From Pseudobacteriovorax sp. (GTDB taxonomy: Bacteria; Bdellovibrionota_B; Oligoflexia; Oligoflexales; Oligoflexaceae): 44,288 nt of DNA. The first letter of the stretch is position 1. The number at the start of each line of letters is the position of its first letter. The notes under the pieces were generated by a model. It was not told the DNA's origin. It saw nothing but the letters and a program-made list of their open reading frames with translations, and did not search any database. Positions 18,028-27,705 of this stretch are shown piece after piece. Location: positions 1-44,288 of the forward strand of contig JBNKNM010000024.1 in assembly GCA_050293845.1 (NCBI GenBank), given 5' to 3'. The position numbers were made by a program, and so were the translations under genes.

Positions 18028-21000
18028 TTAAGAGGGGTTTATCTGAACTTCCTGGAATTCTCGATGGGTCAAATTCATCAATTTGGGGTCTTCATATTCC
18101 CTGTAGGTCAGAATGATTTCATTGAGAAATGTGAAATACACAGCGCCATTCACTTGAGATTGCGGATAGAGCGCTTTTACAGCATTGACATAAGCAAATA
18201 TTTGCTGATCGTACTGCTTTTCTATGACTATTCTTGGAATCTGGCTTTTATGTGAAATAGGTACCGTTTTGTAGTCCACTACCAGAATTTTTCTCTCCTC
18301 ACGCCACAATAAGAGATCGATTGTCCCTCGCATTAGCTGTGAATCGCTCAGGTGAACAATGGATTTTTCTACCTCCACCCGTTCAGATTTTTTAAGAAAT
18401 TGCCAAAGCAATGATTTCATCGTGCGGTCCGTAAGCTGTTCGGCGAGTTTGCCAACCTGCTCAAATTGTTGCTTGGGGCCTCCTGGATAAAAGCTTTGCC
18501 AGGCTTCATCAGCTAATGAATGGCCTTTCATGCCATACTCCAGGATTTGGTGGATATATAGGCCTACCTCACGAGCATAAGGGGTGAAGTCATGGACAGA
18601 ATTATCTGTTTCGTTGAAACTTTTACTTAATAACCTTGCAGGGGCTAAAGTTTGTAACTCCAACCCTTCGGTAGCTATTTTCTGAGGAGAAGAAATTTTT
18701 GCAAACATGGATTTTGTTCGCTTGAACTTTGTCGCATCAAGCAATTTGTGAGTATAGGGGTATCTCCGTTGGAGAGTCCAGTGTGTAGCGGGTTGAGATC
18801 TCTCGGCTGCACCCATCTCAACAATTTTTTGATGAATAGTTTCCCAGTAACCAGGCTGCTTTTTAGAGCTGTAGGTGCGGTGGCCTGTAAGAAGCAGGTG
18901 GTGCTTGGCTCGGGTTAAAGCTACATATAGTAGTCTGAGGTTTTCCTTTTTGTCTTGATCATGGGCAAGGGCTTTTAGGGATGAAAACTCTTTATGATCA
19001 AGGGGGTGTTGCTCTTTTGTACCCATGTAATAAAATCCCGTAGGGTTCTGACTCTTCTGCCAGTAGCGATCGGTTTTTTCCCAGGCTTCTCCGAGACCAA
19101 CGATGATGACAAATGGGAACTCCAAACCTTTGGATTTGTGAATCGTCATCAAGTGAACAGCATCGCTGCTGTTTTGGCTGGACCCGACGCTATCTTCTAT
19201 GGTTAATTCTTCGATTTTTTTTAGAAACGCTCCCAGGGAATTAAAACCTTGTTTTTTCAACTCAAAAGCTAGTTCCAGAAACCGATGAAGGTTTTGCTCC
19301 GCTACTTTACCTTCATAGGCCCCGAATGCATGCTTATATTTTTTTACTGGCTGGAGGGTTTTAAATATAGTCAGTATCAGGGAAGCGGGATCAATCTTGG
19401 TAGCAAGTTGTTGTAAAAGCTCTATATCACTAATAAAAAGACTATGTTGTGCTTCCTGATCTCGGAGAAAACGATTGATTTTATCCTGGGGTATACGATC
19501 CTGACGCCTGTCTATTAGAGTCTTTAAAAACTCACTTTCCTTAAAAGGGGTCAGCGGGGATTTTAACATGACCATGAACGATAACAGGTCGTTTGCTTGG
19601 TAAAGGAACTTTAACACATGAATCAGATCAAGCACCTCTTGACGCGTAAAATACCCCTTGCTTTCCGCCCGGATAGAATTGATGCCATAGGCACGCAAAT
19701 TTTTTTCGATAATATGGGTGTTGGTTGAGGAGCGGTACAGGATAGCGCAGTCCGAAGGTTTTAAGGGGCGCGGTGCTTGTTGCTGTCTATCCCAAACAAG
19801 TAGCTCACCTTTATGGAGTTCATTATGAATGTATTGGGCTACAAATTGGGCTTCTTCTTCCTGAGCATTGTCACTGTCGAATAAATCCGTGATAGCAATG
19901 CTACCAAAGTCAGGAATAAAAGACTTCTGTCCCATTTGGGCTGTTCGGTGCTCAGGAAAAGATGGCATCAATATGGGAAAAATATTGTTCACCAGATTTA
20001 ACACTGTCTGACTCGTCCGAAAGCTTTGGTCAAGGTGCAGTACGCTAACCTCTAAGGGGGCTAGCTCATCACAAGCTTCATCGAGAATTGCAGCATCTGC
20101 TTCCCTAAAACCATATATGGATTGCTTTTCATCTCCAACAATGAAAGCTGAGGGGGTTAAACCACCGGCAATTTCTAAGCCTTGTCCTGCAAGCAACTCC
20201 TCGGCTATGGATTTAAAGATAGCCCACTGGAGACGACTGGTATCCTGGAACTCATCCAAGAGAAGATGGTGAGTCTTTTGGTGGATTAAAAATCTTGCTC
20301 CAAAGGCATCTGGATTGGCAAAAAGGTTTAAACACCCCTTTGACATATCGCTAAAATCTACTATACCTAAGTCTGCTTTTAGCCTATCTCGTTCTTCACT
20401 ATAAATAGCGAAGAATGATGTTAGTAATGCTCCTTGATCATTAAGAGCTTGGAGCTTTCTTCTATTAAGAAAATTACGGCAACCATTATCAATGCGGGCA
20501 ATCTCTGTGGAATACTTTTCTCTTTTTTTACCGCGAATAGTAGCTCCAGAAACGCTTCCACCTTTGGTGAGTAGACGCAATTCTATAAGAGCTTGCCAAT
20601 CGCGTGACATAATGGCTTGAGTTAACTGTTCTGCTTTTTTGGTTTCTCCAGCTAATACTTTGAATTCTGGTTCTAATTGAGCGATCAATTCGCTAGTTGT
20701 GTCTCCGACAGAAGTTTCTGGGGGGAATGTATGGGGGCAGTAGGCGTTTCCAAGCTGGTTTTGACAAAGCCAGTAAAAAGTTTCATTTTTTTGTAACTCT
20801 TCCAAACGCGCATAAATTTCATGAGGACTCAATGTGAGCGGAGAGCTTAGACTGCCAAAAATTTTGTGGCAGGTTTTTTCCCATGCTAAGCGGTTCAATT
20901 GTTCTTCCAAAAGGGGAGATGGAACTTGAAAAGATTGAGGTATGGGTACAGGGCGACTACCTTGGGATTCGCTTGGAAACTTTGATAACCACTCGAGAAA

Positions 21001-21357
21001 AATACTGTCAATTGTCGTGATCTGTAGAGATTGGGTTTTTGATAATATCTTGGCAGCTGCCGTACGGCTAGTCAAAGGATTAACAGATTGTTTGTTACTG
21101 TTGTTATAGAACTCAGCCATTTGGTGATCAAATTCCTGCTGCGATTGCGGATGACGCAGGAGATGAGAAGCTTCCTGTAAAATACGCTCTCTCATTTCTG
21201 CTGCGGCTTTTTTGGTAAAGGTGATAGTTAGAATTGATTCCGGAGTCGCACCTGCGGCTACCAAAAACAAAAATCTACGACTTAATTGATAAGTTTTACC
21301 CGATCCGGCTGAGGCCTTCAAAATAAAGCTACGGTATGGATTTTGCGGGTTCAGCAT
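18028..21357 (-). CDS. addA: AddA/RecB-like UvrD helicase-nuclease
   Basis: ASAGSGKT, TFTKKAAAEMRERI, LDEFQDTS, VGDEKQSIYGFR, MTIHKSKGLEF, LYVALTRAK; C-terminal GTIDLL...VVDYKT nuclease. Confidence 0.9.
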   Translation of the reverse strand: MLNPQNPYRSFILKASAGSGKTYQLSRRFLFLVAAGATPESILTITFTKKAAAEMRERILQEASHLLRHPQSQQEFDHQMAEFYNNSNKQSVNPLTSRTAAAKILSKTQSLQITTIDSIFLEWLSKFPSESQGSRPVPIPQSFQVPSPLLEEQLNRLAWEKTCHKIFGSLSSPLTLSPHEIYARLEELQKNETFYWLCQNQLGNAYCPHTFPPETSVGDTTSELIAQLEPEFKVLAGETKKAEQLTQAIMSRDWQALIELRLLTKGGSVSGATIRGKKREKYSTEIARIDNGCRNFLNRRKLQALNDQGALLTSFFAIYSEERDRLKADLGIVDFSDMSKGCLNLFANPDAFGARFLIHQKTHHLLLDEFQDTSRLQWAIFKSIAEELLAGQGLEIAGGLTPSAFIVGDEKQSIYGFREADAAILDEACDELAPLEVSVLHLDQSFRTSQTVLNLVNNIFPILMPSFPEHRTAQMGQKSFIPDFGSIAITDLFDSDNAQEEEAQFVAQYIHNELHKGELLVWDRQQQAPRPLKPSDCAILYRSSTNTHIIEKNLRAYGINSIRAESKGYFTRQEVLDLIHVLKFLYQANDLLSFMVMLKSPLTPFKESEFLKTLIDRRQDRIPQDKINRFLRDQEAQHSLFISDIELLQQLATKIDPASLILTIFKTLQPVKKYKHAFGAYEGKVAEQNLHRFLELAFELKKQGFNSLGAFLKKIEELTIEDSVGSSQNSSDAVHLMTIHKSKGLEFPFVIIVGLGEAWEKTDRYWQKSQNPTGFYYMGTKEQHPLDHKEFSSLKALAHDQDKKENLRLLYVALTRAKHHLLLTGHRTYSSKKQPGYWETIHQKIVEMGAAERSQPATHWTLQRRYPYTHKLLDATKFKRTKSMFAKISSPQKIATEGLELQTLAPARLLSKSFNETDNSVHDFTPYAREVGLYIHQILEYGMKGHSLADEAWQSFYPGGPKQQFEQVGKLAEQLTDRTMKSLLWQFLKKSERVEVEKSIVHLSDSQLMRGTIDLLLWREERKILVVDYKTVPISHKSQIPRIVIEKQYDQQIFAYVNAVKALYPQSQVNGAVYFTFLNEIILTYREYEDPKLMNLTHREFQEVQINPS

Positions 21358-24188
21358 GGTGTTTCACCTTTTATATATACAGCGAGATCCTTTTGAGACT
21401 CTATGATATCTGCTTTATCAGGAGAGTTTTTGCGACATATACCTTCGTAATGGCAGAGTCCGCAGCGGCTGGGGTCTGCATAAAAACGATGTCGCTGTAA
21501 GATGGTTTTTTCGCGCCATTCCCAATTTTTTATCATCCGCTCCACTAAAGATGATGCCTCAGGAGTACGGGAATTGGAAAGACCCATTTGCTTCGACTTT
21601 TCTCTGACCTGTTCTCCTACACCATGGGTAGACCATTCACCTTTGAGGATACTCCAGTAGCCTAATAACATCCGCTCAAATGAAAATTGTTGTCCTCCCT
21701 GTTGTAAAGCTAATGCATAAAATGCTAATTGTGGATTAAGTCCTAGGGTAGATTCTGATCTTTGTGGAATACTCTGTCGTTTATAATCAGCCAGAAAACT
21801 GATACCATAGTTAAAATCAATACTATCAATAGACCCCACTAAATACCTTTCCAGATTGCGAATCATGATTTTGGGTGATGTCTTAATAGCTTCTTCTAAA
21901 GATACTTCTTTAAGCCCTTTTCTAAAGAAATGAAGCTCGCTTCCAAATAGACGACATAGGTGCTCTGCAAAGGCTGGCCAAGCTTTGAAGCGCAATTGAT
22001 AATAAAGAGGTTTTTCGCTAATGCGATCTGGCCCCAGGGCTATAGTTAGCCGTTCCAGTTCATTTCTGATCCATGAGCTAAAGGACCGCGGATCGTCGCA
22101 TGGGGGGATTTGAGAAAATAGAGACTGTAGCACTTTGTGTAACCATTCGCCTTCAAACCTCGCATCAGCGGGATGTTGAAACGCGAAGATTCTTACACGA
22201 CAACGGTCTAAAAGATAAGCATAGGGACAGGAAATGAGTTTTTTAAGTGAACTAGCTGACATATTCTGCCAAATTTCATTATGAGGCTTCCAAATACCTT
22301 CCGGCTCATCACCAGTGGTCGGCAGCTGATGGTCGGTTTCAAAACCCTCCCAGAGCATGCCTAAGTGATAGCTGGAATCCAGTTCCCGGATATCTCCTTG
22401 TAAGGATAGAGATTCTATAAAACGTGATTTAACAGTTATTTCACCAGATTGTTCGCGGCATCTGGTGAGTATCAGGTGAGGAATCCGAGAATGCAGGAGG
22501 TAAAATGTTTGATCTTCCATAGCTTCCAACTGCTCCCAGCCTAAAAATCCCATCTGTTTTTTAAAAAAGTTGTCAAGCAGTTCATCTTTAGGAAGTGCTT
22601 TAGGAAAAATACCTTCATTACAACCTAAGATAAAAACAACTTGAAAGGGATAATAGCGTGATTCTGAGAGGTTGAGAATCTGGACTCCCGCTAGGGGCTC
22701 TCCGGTTTGCCGCAGACCTTGATTAAGAAATTGTCCGTCTAGGATTTGAAAAAATTCTGCTTGGGTCAGGGGAGAACTATCATAATCTCCAAGAGCTGAA
22801 AGGCTATGAATAAATTCTTGAACAAGGTTTTTCAAGGGATCTCGATACTCAGGTTCAACGTGTTCCATGAAAGAGAATACCTTGAGTAAATCTTCAAATC
22901 TTTGCAGCCAAGCAACGAGGGAGCTTTCTTCATTTTTTAAATAGGAAAATACCTCCTCCATTTGGAGTTTAAAGCTAGTCGCTATAGTCCCGGAATTTAA
23001 AAACTGATCAAAAGTTAAATATTTCCCTTGAACAGCCGTCCAGGTTAGTAAATCGATATTGATTTCAAAAGTTTCTTGTAGCCACGAGTTGGTGATCGGG
23101 TTTTTAAACCAATCAAAAACTCTTTCTAGGGAGTAATTGTCCTCGTATACTTGCATAAGTCCTTTAAGCCAGCTACCAAATATAGAGTGAACCACTGGTA
23201 AAGTCATAGCTAAGTTAGCATTTTTCAGTAAGTTCGTCTTTAAGCTGGCTATAATGGGTCCGTAAACTCCTTCATTGGTTTGCAGGATACCAATATCAGC
23301 TGGTGATACTCCTTGCTCCACATACCAGGCAGCTACATGGTAAGCGCTGATAACCTCATGGAAGGGGGTGTCCGCATTTACCAAGACTCTAGAGTGTCTG
23401 GTAGGAGGGCAGGTGGAGGAGGAGTGGGTCACAGTAATACCTGGTGCCAGTTGATCGATTAATCGACCCAGGGGAGCCTTGTCGTGAAACAAGCGAGGCT
23501 TTTCCGTTAGCCAAACTTCCGCATCTTCGGATTCTAAAAAAGTTTTCAAAGCAGGCATCCATGATTCGGCGATGCTGGTAATGCCAACTAAGTAGCGATT
23601 TTCAAAGGCAGCATAGGCTGTTGGTTGGTGAGATTGAGAATGGGTTACAGCATGCGACATCCGCTGGGATTTTGTTTGCATGTGCTGTTGCCTTAAGATG
23701 TTCCTTATGTGTTCAAAGACAAATTTGATTTCATCTATTTTTGTTGCCACAGAGCTGAGGTGAAGTTCGGAGTGGAAAATATTATCTCTAAGGGCATCTT
23801 TAGCCGCTAGGAAAGCTGTTTCCGAAATTCCAGAATCTATCATCTCATTAAAGAGTAGGCGTAATTCTCGCTCATGGCCCACTCGCAAAAATTTCAAGTG
23901 CTGCTGTTTCTTTAAAACCATCTTGATGAGTAGTTCAAAGGTTTGATCACCTATAGTGATGGTGTTATCGGTGAATTTTTCAAGTATAAACGATTCCAAA
24001 GTGTGGGTGCGAGGAGGATGGAAGGCTCCCAGAGCAGAGGCCAGTGATGCGAGAAATTTGGTAGCCAGCCGCTGAGTTGGCAGAATGACGAGATCACGGC
24101 TGAAGTCCTGACTATTTCTTGCCAAAAAAAGCTGTGCCAATTCTGACAGTAAACAAGAATTGCTTGAAAATAATCGCATTGTACCCAC
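21351..24188 (-). CDS. addB: AddB-like PD-(D/E)XK nuclease subunit
   Basis: SASSLKKLISCPY, GSIDSID, ADYK, QLAFYA, CGLCHYEGIC (Fe-S cysteines); overlaps the addA start by 7 bp. Confidence 0.85.
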   Translation of the reverse strand: MGTMRLFSSNSCLLSELAQLFLARNSQDFSRDLVILPTQRLATKFLASLASALGAFHPPRTHTLESFILEKFTDNTITIGDQTFELLIKMVLKKQQHLKFLRVGHERELRLLFNEMIDSGISETAFLAAKDALRDNIFHSELHLSSVATKIDEIKFVFEHIRNILRQQHMQTKSQRMSHAVTHSQSHQPTAYAAFENRYLVGITSIAESWMPALKTFLESEDAEVWLTEKPRLFHDKAPLGRLIDQLAPGITVTHSSSTCPPTRHSRVLVNADTPFHEVISAYHVAAWYVEQGVSPADIGILQTNEGVYGPIIASLKTNLLKNANLAMTLPVVHSIFGSWLKGLMQVYEDNYSLERVFDWFKNPITNSWLQETFEINIDLLTWTAVQGKYLTFDQFLNSGTIATSFKLQMEEVFSYLKNEESSLVAWLQRFEDLLKVFSFMEHVEPEYRDPLKNLVQEFIHSLSALGDYDSSPLTQAEFFQILDGQFLNQGLRQTGEPLAGVQILNLSESRYYPFQVVFILGCNEGIFPKALPKDELLDNFFKKQMGFLGWEQLEAMEDQTFYLLHSRIPHLILTRCREQSGEITVKSRFIESLSLQGDIRELDSSYHLGMLWEGFETDHQLPTTGDEPEGIWKPHNEIWQNMSASSLKKLISCPYAYLLDRCRVRIFAFQHPADARFEGEWLHKVLQSLFSQIPPCDDPRSFSSWIRNELERLTIALGPDRISEKPLYYQLRFKAWPAFAEHLCRLFGSELHFFRKGLKEVSLEEAIKTSPKIMIRNLERYLVGSIDSIDFNYGISFLADYKRQSIPQRSESTLGLNPQLAFYALALQQGGQQFSFERMLLGYWSILKGEWSTHGVGEQVREKSKQMGLSNSRTPEASSLVERMIKNWEWREKTILQRHRFYADPSRCGLCHYEGICRKNSPDKADIIESQKDLAVYIKGETPC

Positions 24189-24437
24189 GAATGCAAGCTC
24201 CTTCCCAAAAGCTAACTATGGCTCAAATCTGGAATATAGATCATCTGTAACTATTTCACTAGGTGGGGAATTGAATCTATATTTTATTAAATAAAATTAG
24301 AATATTACATGTATTATTTCCCGTGAAGAAGGACGCTGTTTTTGTCGGATTTGCGCCAAGTAGGGCTATTTTTCACGTCTGGGATTAAATCATCGCTTGA
24401 CCCACCGATACTAGATAGAAGGAATGGGGGTAGAAGT

Positions 24438-25034
24438 ATGAACAAAATCATGTACCTTTTGACTGGCTTGCTCCTGTCAAGTGCAGCTTTTGCGCAGAAT
24501 GGTGGCGTTGTCTTAGATATTTCGGCTTTTTACTTTCAAACAAATGATGAAAGGGCTAGTGCCGATGGCTCTTCTACAACTAAGTATGAGCAAAGTTATC
24601 TATTTTGGGGGCTTGGGATTTGCTATCAATTTGCACCTTTTTGCATTGGCGGAAAGTATTTTACAGGAGAAATCGGTACTCTCAATAGCAATGGCATTAT
24701 CGATGGTTCGATTGAATATGAGGGTTTTGGGGTATCAGCCGGCTATGTTAATAACGGTTGGTCCTTACAGCTAGCCTATCTCTTAGATGCTGAAAAAAGG
24801 ATTGGTGATGCAGGGTTTGGAGGGGATACAGCCATTGAATATCCTGCGAAACAGGCTTATTTGGTCGATATTGGCTACGGTTTTAACATGGGATCATTTT
24901 TGGCAGGACCTATGCTAAGGGTGTCTGAATTTTCTTACAAGAAAAGAGTTATTAACGGTCAAAGCCAAGCTCTACCCGCTACTGAAAAGGACGGTTATCA
25001 GATGCCGATGCTGGCGATTTGGGCTTTTTTCTAA
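24438..25034 (+). CDS. Hypothetical outer-membrane beta-barrel-like protein
   Basis: Signal peptide MNKIMYLLTGLLLSSAAFA, aromatic amphipathic strands, terminal F. Confidence 0.65.
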   Translation: MNKIMYLLTGLLLSSAAFAQNGGVVLDISAFYFQTNDERASADGSSTTKYEQSYLFWGLGICYQFAPFCIGGKYFTGEIGTLNSNGIIDGSIEYEGFGVSAGYVNNGWSLQLAYLLDAEKRIGDAGFGGDTAIEYPAKQAYLVDIGYGFNMGSFLAGPMLRVSEFSYKKRVINGQSQALPATEKDGYQMPMLAIWAFF

Positions 25035-25181
25035 AATCATATTTCCCTATGGATACTCAAGCTTAAGTTACAGAAGGATTCGTGCTATCCTTCTCTACCT
25101 ATGCCTCGAAATCTCCGCTTCTGGAGATAATTTTCTCCTTAATAAAGCCATAATATAGAAAAAAATAGCCGCCTTAAAGTA

Positions 25182-26018
25182 CTAGGTACTAGGGATAGGT
25201 TGATGATGTCTTTGCCAGTAAAAACCATCATGCACAGGTTTAACCTCATGGGGTTTCATGTCTTTTCGAGCATAGTAATGTATGATCAGACTTTTACGGG
25301 TTAAACTAAGATCGTGAATAGCAGATCCACCGTGATACAGTTGTGAATGCCAGAATAAGATATCTCCTTTTTTGGGAGTAAACTCTTCTTTCTTGAGGCC
25401 ACGTTTTTGAATCTCAGCCATCATGTAAGAATCGTATTTAGACATTTCATTGGGAATAGCATTCATCTTGCCAGAACTAAAGTGGAAGGGGGGAATTTTA
25501 TGGCTTCCTGGATAGTAAGTGAGGGGGCCTGCATTTTGTGAAACATCTTCTAAGGCAATCCAAGCTGCTGCTAAATTCAGGCCTGATCGAGGTGTCATAT
25601 AAAGACTATCAGTGTGAAAGCCTTGTTCAGATCCTCTCTCGAAATTAAGTGAGTTACAAATCACGGGTTTGTCCTTGAGTAATTCACAGAGAATCTTTCC
25701 AAGACCTGAGCCCAATGCTACTTCTCTAATGATGGGAAACTCTAGATATAAATCGTTGATTTTATATGGTTTGGCACGATGCTCTTTTCTCGCCATTGAG
25801 ATATGCTGTCGCTTATTGGTTACATGAAGGTCAGTGTCAATAACGATAGATTGCGAAATGCTCTTGCGCTTCTCCCATAATTCATCAACTAATTGTGAAA
25901 CGGAATCGACTTTATCAGCTTCATAGAAACCCTTTAATACAAGATAACCATTATCTTGCCAAAACTTATGTTGCTCAGGATTTAATTTTCGTTTAAATCT
26001 GCTAAACAGACCAAGCAT
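25182..26018 (-). CDS. Phytanoyl-CoA dioxygenase (PhyH) family Fe(II)/2OG dioxygenase
   Basis: FWQDNGYLVLKG, HTD facial triad, AWIALED...NAGPL.YYPGSHK, GDILFWH..LYHGG, TRKS; ATG at 26018 follows AAGGAG. Confidence 0.9.
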   Translation of the reverse strand: MLGLFSRFKRKLNPEQHKFWQDNGYLVLKGFYEADKVDSVSQLVDELWEKRKSISQSIVIDTDLHVTNKRQHISMARKEHRAKPYKINDLYLEFPIIREVALGSGLGKILCELLKDKPVICNSLNFERGSEQGFHTDSLYMTPRSGLNLAAAWIALEDVSQNAGPLTYYPGSHKIPPFHFSSGKMNAIPNEMSKYDSYMMAEIQKRGLKKEEFTPKKGDILFWHSQLYHGGSAIHDLSLTRKSLIIHYYARKDMKPHEVKPVHDGFYWQRHHQPIPST

Positions 26019-26174
26019 TTTTTCACTCCTTAGAATATAGATCAAAAAGACTTACTGACCCTTAATAAATTGCTAATTGACTTTATTAAGCTCCCGTTCA
26101 GTTTAAAAAACTGGGACCTTCCTAGCAGGGATCTTGACAGTCTCATTAATTTGAAGATTGATACCATCTCGCTT
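25965..26174 (-). repeat. ~210 bp inverted duplication, copy A (HU 3' half + spacer + PhyH 5' end)
   Basis: Reverse complement aligns to 31080-31286 at about 178/210 identity by hand count. Confidence 0.9.
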
Positions 26175-26351
26175 GGTTTTTTATGGAACCTTAAACTTGC
26201 CGAATCCTGGTAAAACGAATCCGATTCTAGTTTATTATTCTTGAGATGAGCATAGCCAATTTTCTTTTTAAGCATCAAAAACTCGTTTCACTTCAGCTTT
26301 GGACAGCTCAATAGCGGAAGCGAGTGCTTCAACTAATTCACCTTGGTTTAT
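26073..26351 (-). pseudogene. HU family histone-like DNA-binding protein pseudogene
   Basis: 93 codons reading INQGELVEALASAIELSKAEVKRVFDA*...GFVLPGFGKFKVP*KTKRDGINLQINETVKIPARKVPVF*TERELNKVN*; ATA at the expected start position after an AGGTG RBS; several internal stops. Confidence 0.9.
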
Positions 26352-26685
26352 TTATACACCTAATATAGGGTATGATTTTAATAAATTTATAGTATTAAAA
26401 GTTATTTCTATTTAGCGATTTACTGTGTTTCATTTTAGAAAATTTCCTTAGCAATTAAGCAACCAAACTCTGCCGATTAAGTAATTGCAGCATATCAATT
26501 TAGAGATTATTTCTCATCAATTATTTGTCTTATAACTATCAAATTAATAGAGCGGATTTTGCTGTGGCAAGAAATTCAAGGATCGAAAATGTTAAAAAAT
26601 GACAAAAAGACATCTTTTAACCAATTATTTGTTAGCGGTAAATACTAGTATTTCTTGAAAAAGGACCAATTTTTTTGATCTGCAC

Positions 26686-26732
26686 TTGCTTGAAGATAGC
26701 AGCTATAATCCCAAGGTGACTGAGTAACTTCA
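26686..26732 (+). repeat. 47 bp dispersed repeat, copy 2
   Basis: TTGCTTGAAGATAGCAGCTATAATCCCAAGGTGACTGAGTAACTTCA; 42/47 identical to 1009-1055. Confidence 0.85.
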
Positions 26733-26863
26733 TCAGGACTGGTTAATTTTTCTAGGTTTAGTCATTATCTCAATATGTTTGACCGGAAGAAAATAAATGA
26801 AGCCATGGACTATGCTGCGGACAACCCAGGACTATTTTAAAATGAGGCTGTATGCACAACCTA

Positions 26864-27451
26864 TTAGCAGACTCTAGTATCAATGTCCAAAAATAACTCA
26901 ATATTGCCATCTCCTGACCTTAAGCTAAAAAGACCATTTTCCCCTATTATTTTTGCAATGGTCTCAATTTTAATAGTGCCTTTTCCTCCACAAGGGTTCA
27001 CAGTTACAAACTTAAAACCATCCTCTAAAACAAAATTTTCAAAACTGATATCTGAGTCTGGGGCTTTCCAAAAGTTGAGTTCAGAGCTTTCTTGTCCAGC
27101 AAAGTAATAAGTTCTTTCAAACAGAGCTGAAGAGCCAAATTTTAGAGCAGATGTTCCACGCCAATCGAAACTAAGATTTGTAATAGCTAGTTTTGCAGGT
27201 ATATTTAGTTCAATCTCAATGAGACACTTGGCTTCTGGATTGGCATAATTTGCTTCCACTTTAAAGTCTGAAAGTTGGATTGATACAAGTTCCCTGTTAT
27301 TAGAAAAAGTGCTATCAACAGTTTGCGGTCTGCATCCCTCACCTGAAAATGAAATTTTTTCAAAATTTATTTGCGAACTTTCAGCTTTTACATCGTAAGC
27401 TAATAAGAATACTAGGACTAAAAAAAGCTTTATATTTATATTTGAACTCAT
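26864..27451 (-). CDS. DUF4360 family secreted protein
   Basis: Signal peptide; FSGEGCRPQTV, C.I.IEL.IP, FDWRGTSAL, ERTYYFAGQ, NPCGG, terminal C. Confidence 0.7.
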   Translation of the reverse strand: MSSNINIKLFLVLVFLLAYDVKAESSQINFEKISFSGEGCRPQTVDSTFSNNRELVSIQLSDFKVEANYANPEAKCLIEIELNIPAKLAITNLSFDWRGTSALKFGSSALFERTYYFAGQESSELNFWKAPDSDISFENFVLEDGFKFVTVNPCGGKGTIKIETIAKIIGENGLFSLRSGDGNIELFLDIDTRVC

Positions 27452-27705
27452 CTACGACTCCGTTGCTAGAGTTTTTCGACAAAGATAAACGATTTTTGCT
27501 AACTATACGGTTTTCTATTTTTAGCAATATTATTATCTTTCCGAAATCCAAGAAAATGCTCATAAAGCTTTATATAGTCAAAATTTAAGTCACTACTCTC
27601 TATTTTTAAAATGTGTCTTTTTATCATTGCGAGTTCGCTTTTATTGCGAAAACGCTGATAGCGTTATTGCAAAATCAAAAGACGGCAACTGGTTTTAAAA
27701 TATGA

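Noticed and set aside
18028..24188. Helicase-nuclease pair as an anti-phage defence system
   Set aside because: Motifs, sizes, Fe-S cysteines and the coupled addB-addA order fit housekeeping AddAB recombination repair.
26042..26278. 78 aa ORF from the track as a real gene
   Set aside because: It is mostly an alternative frame of the HU pseudogene.
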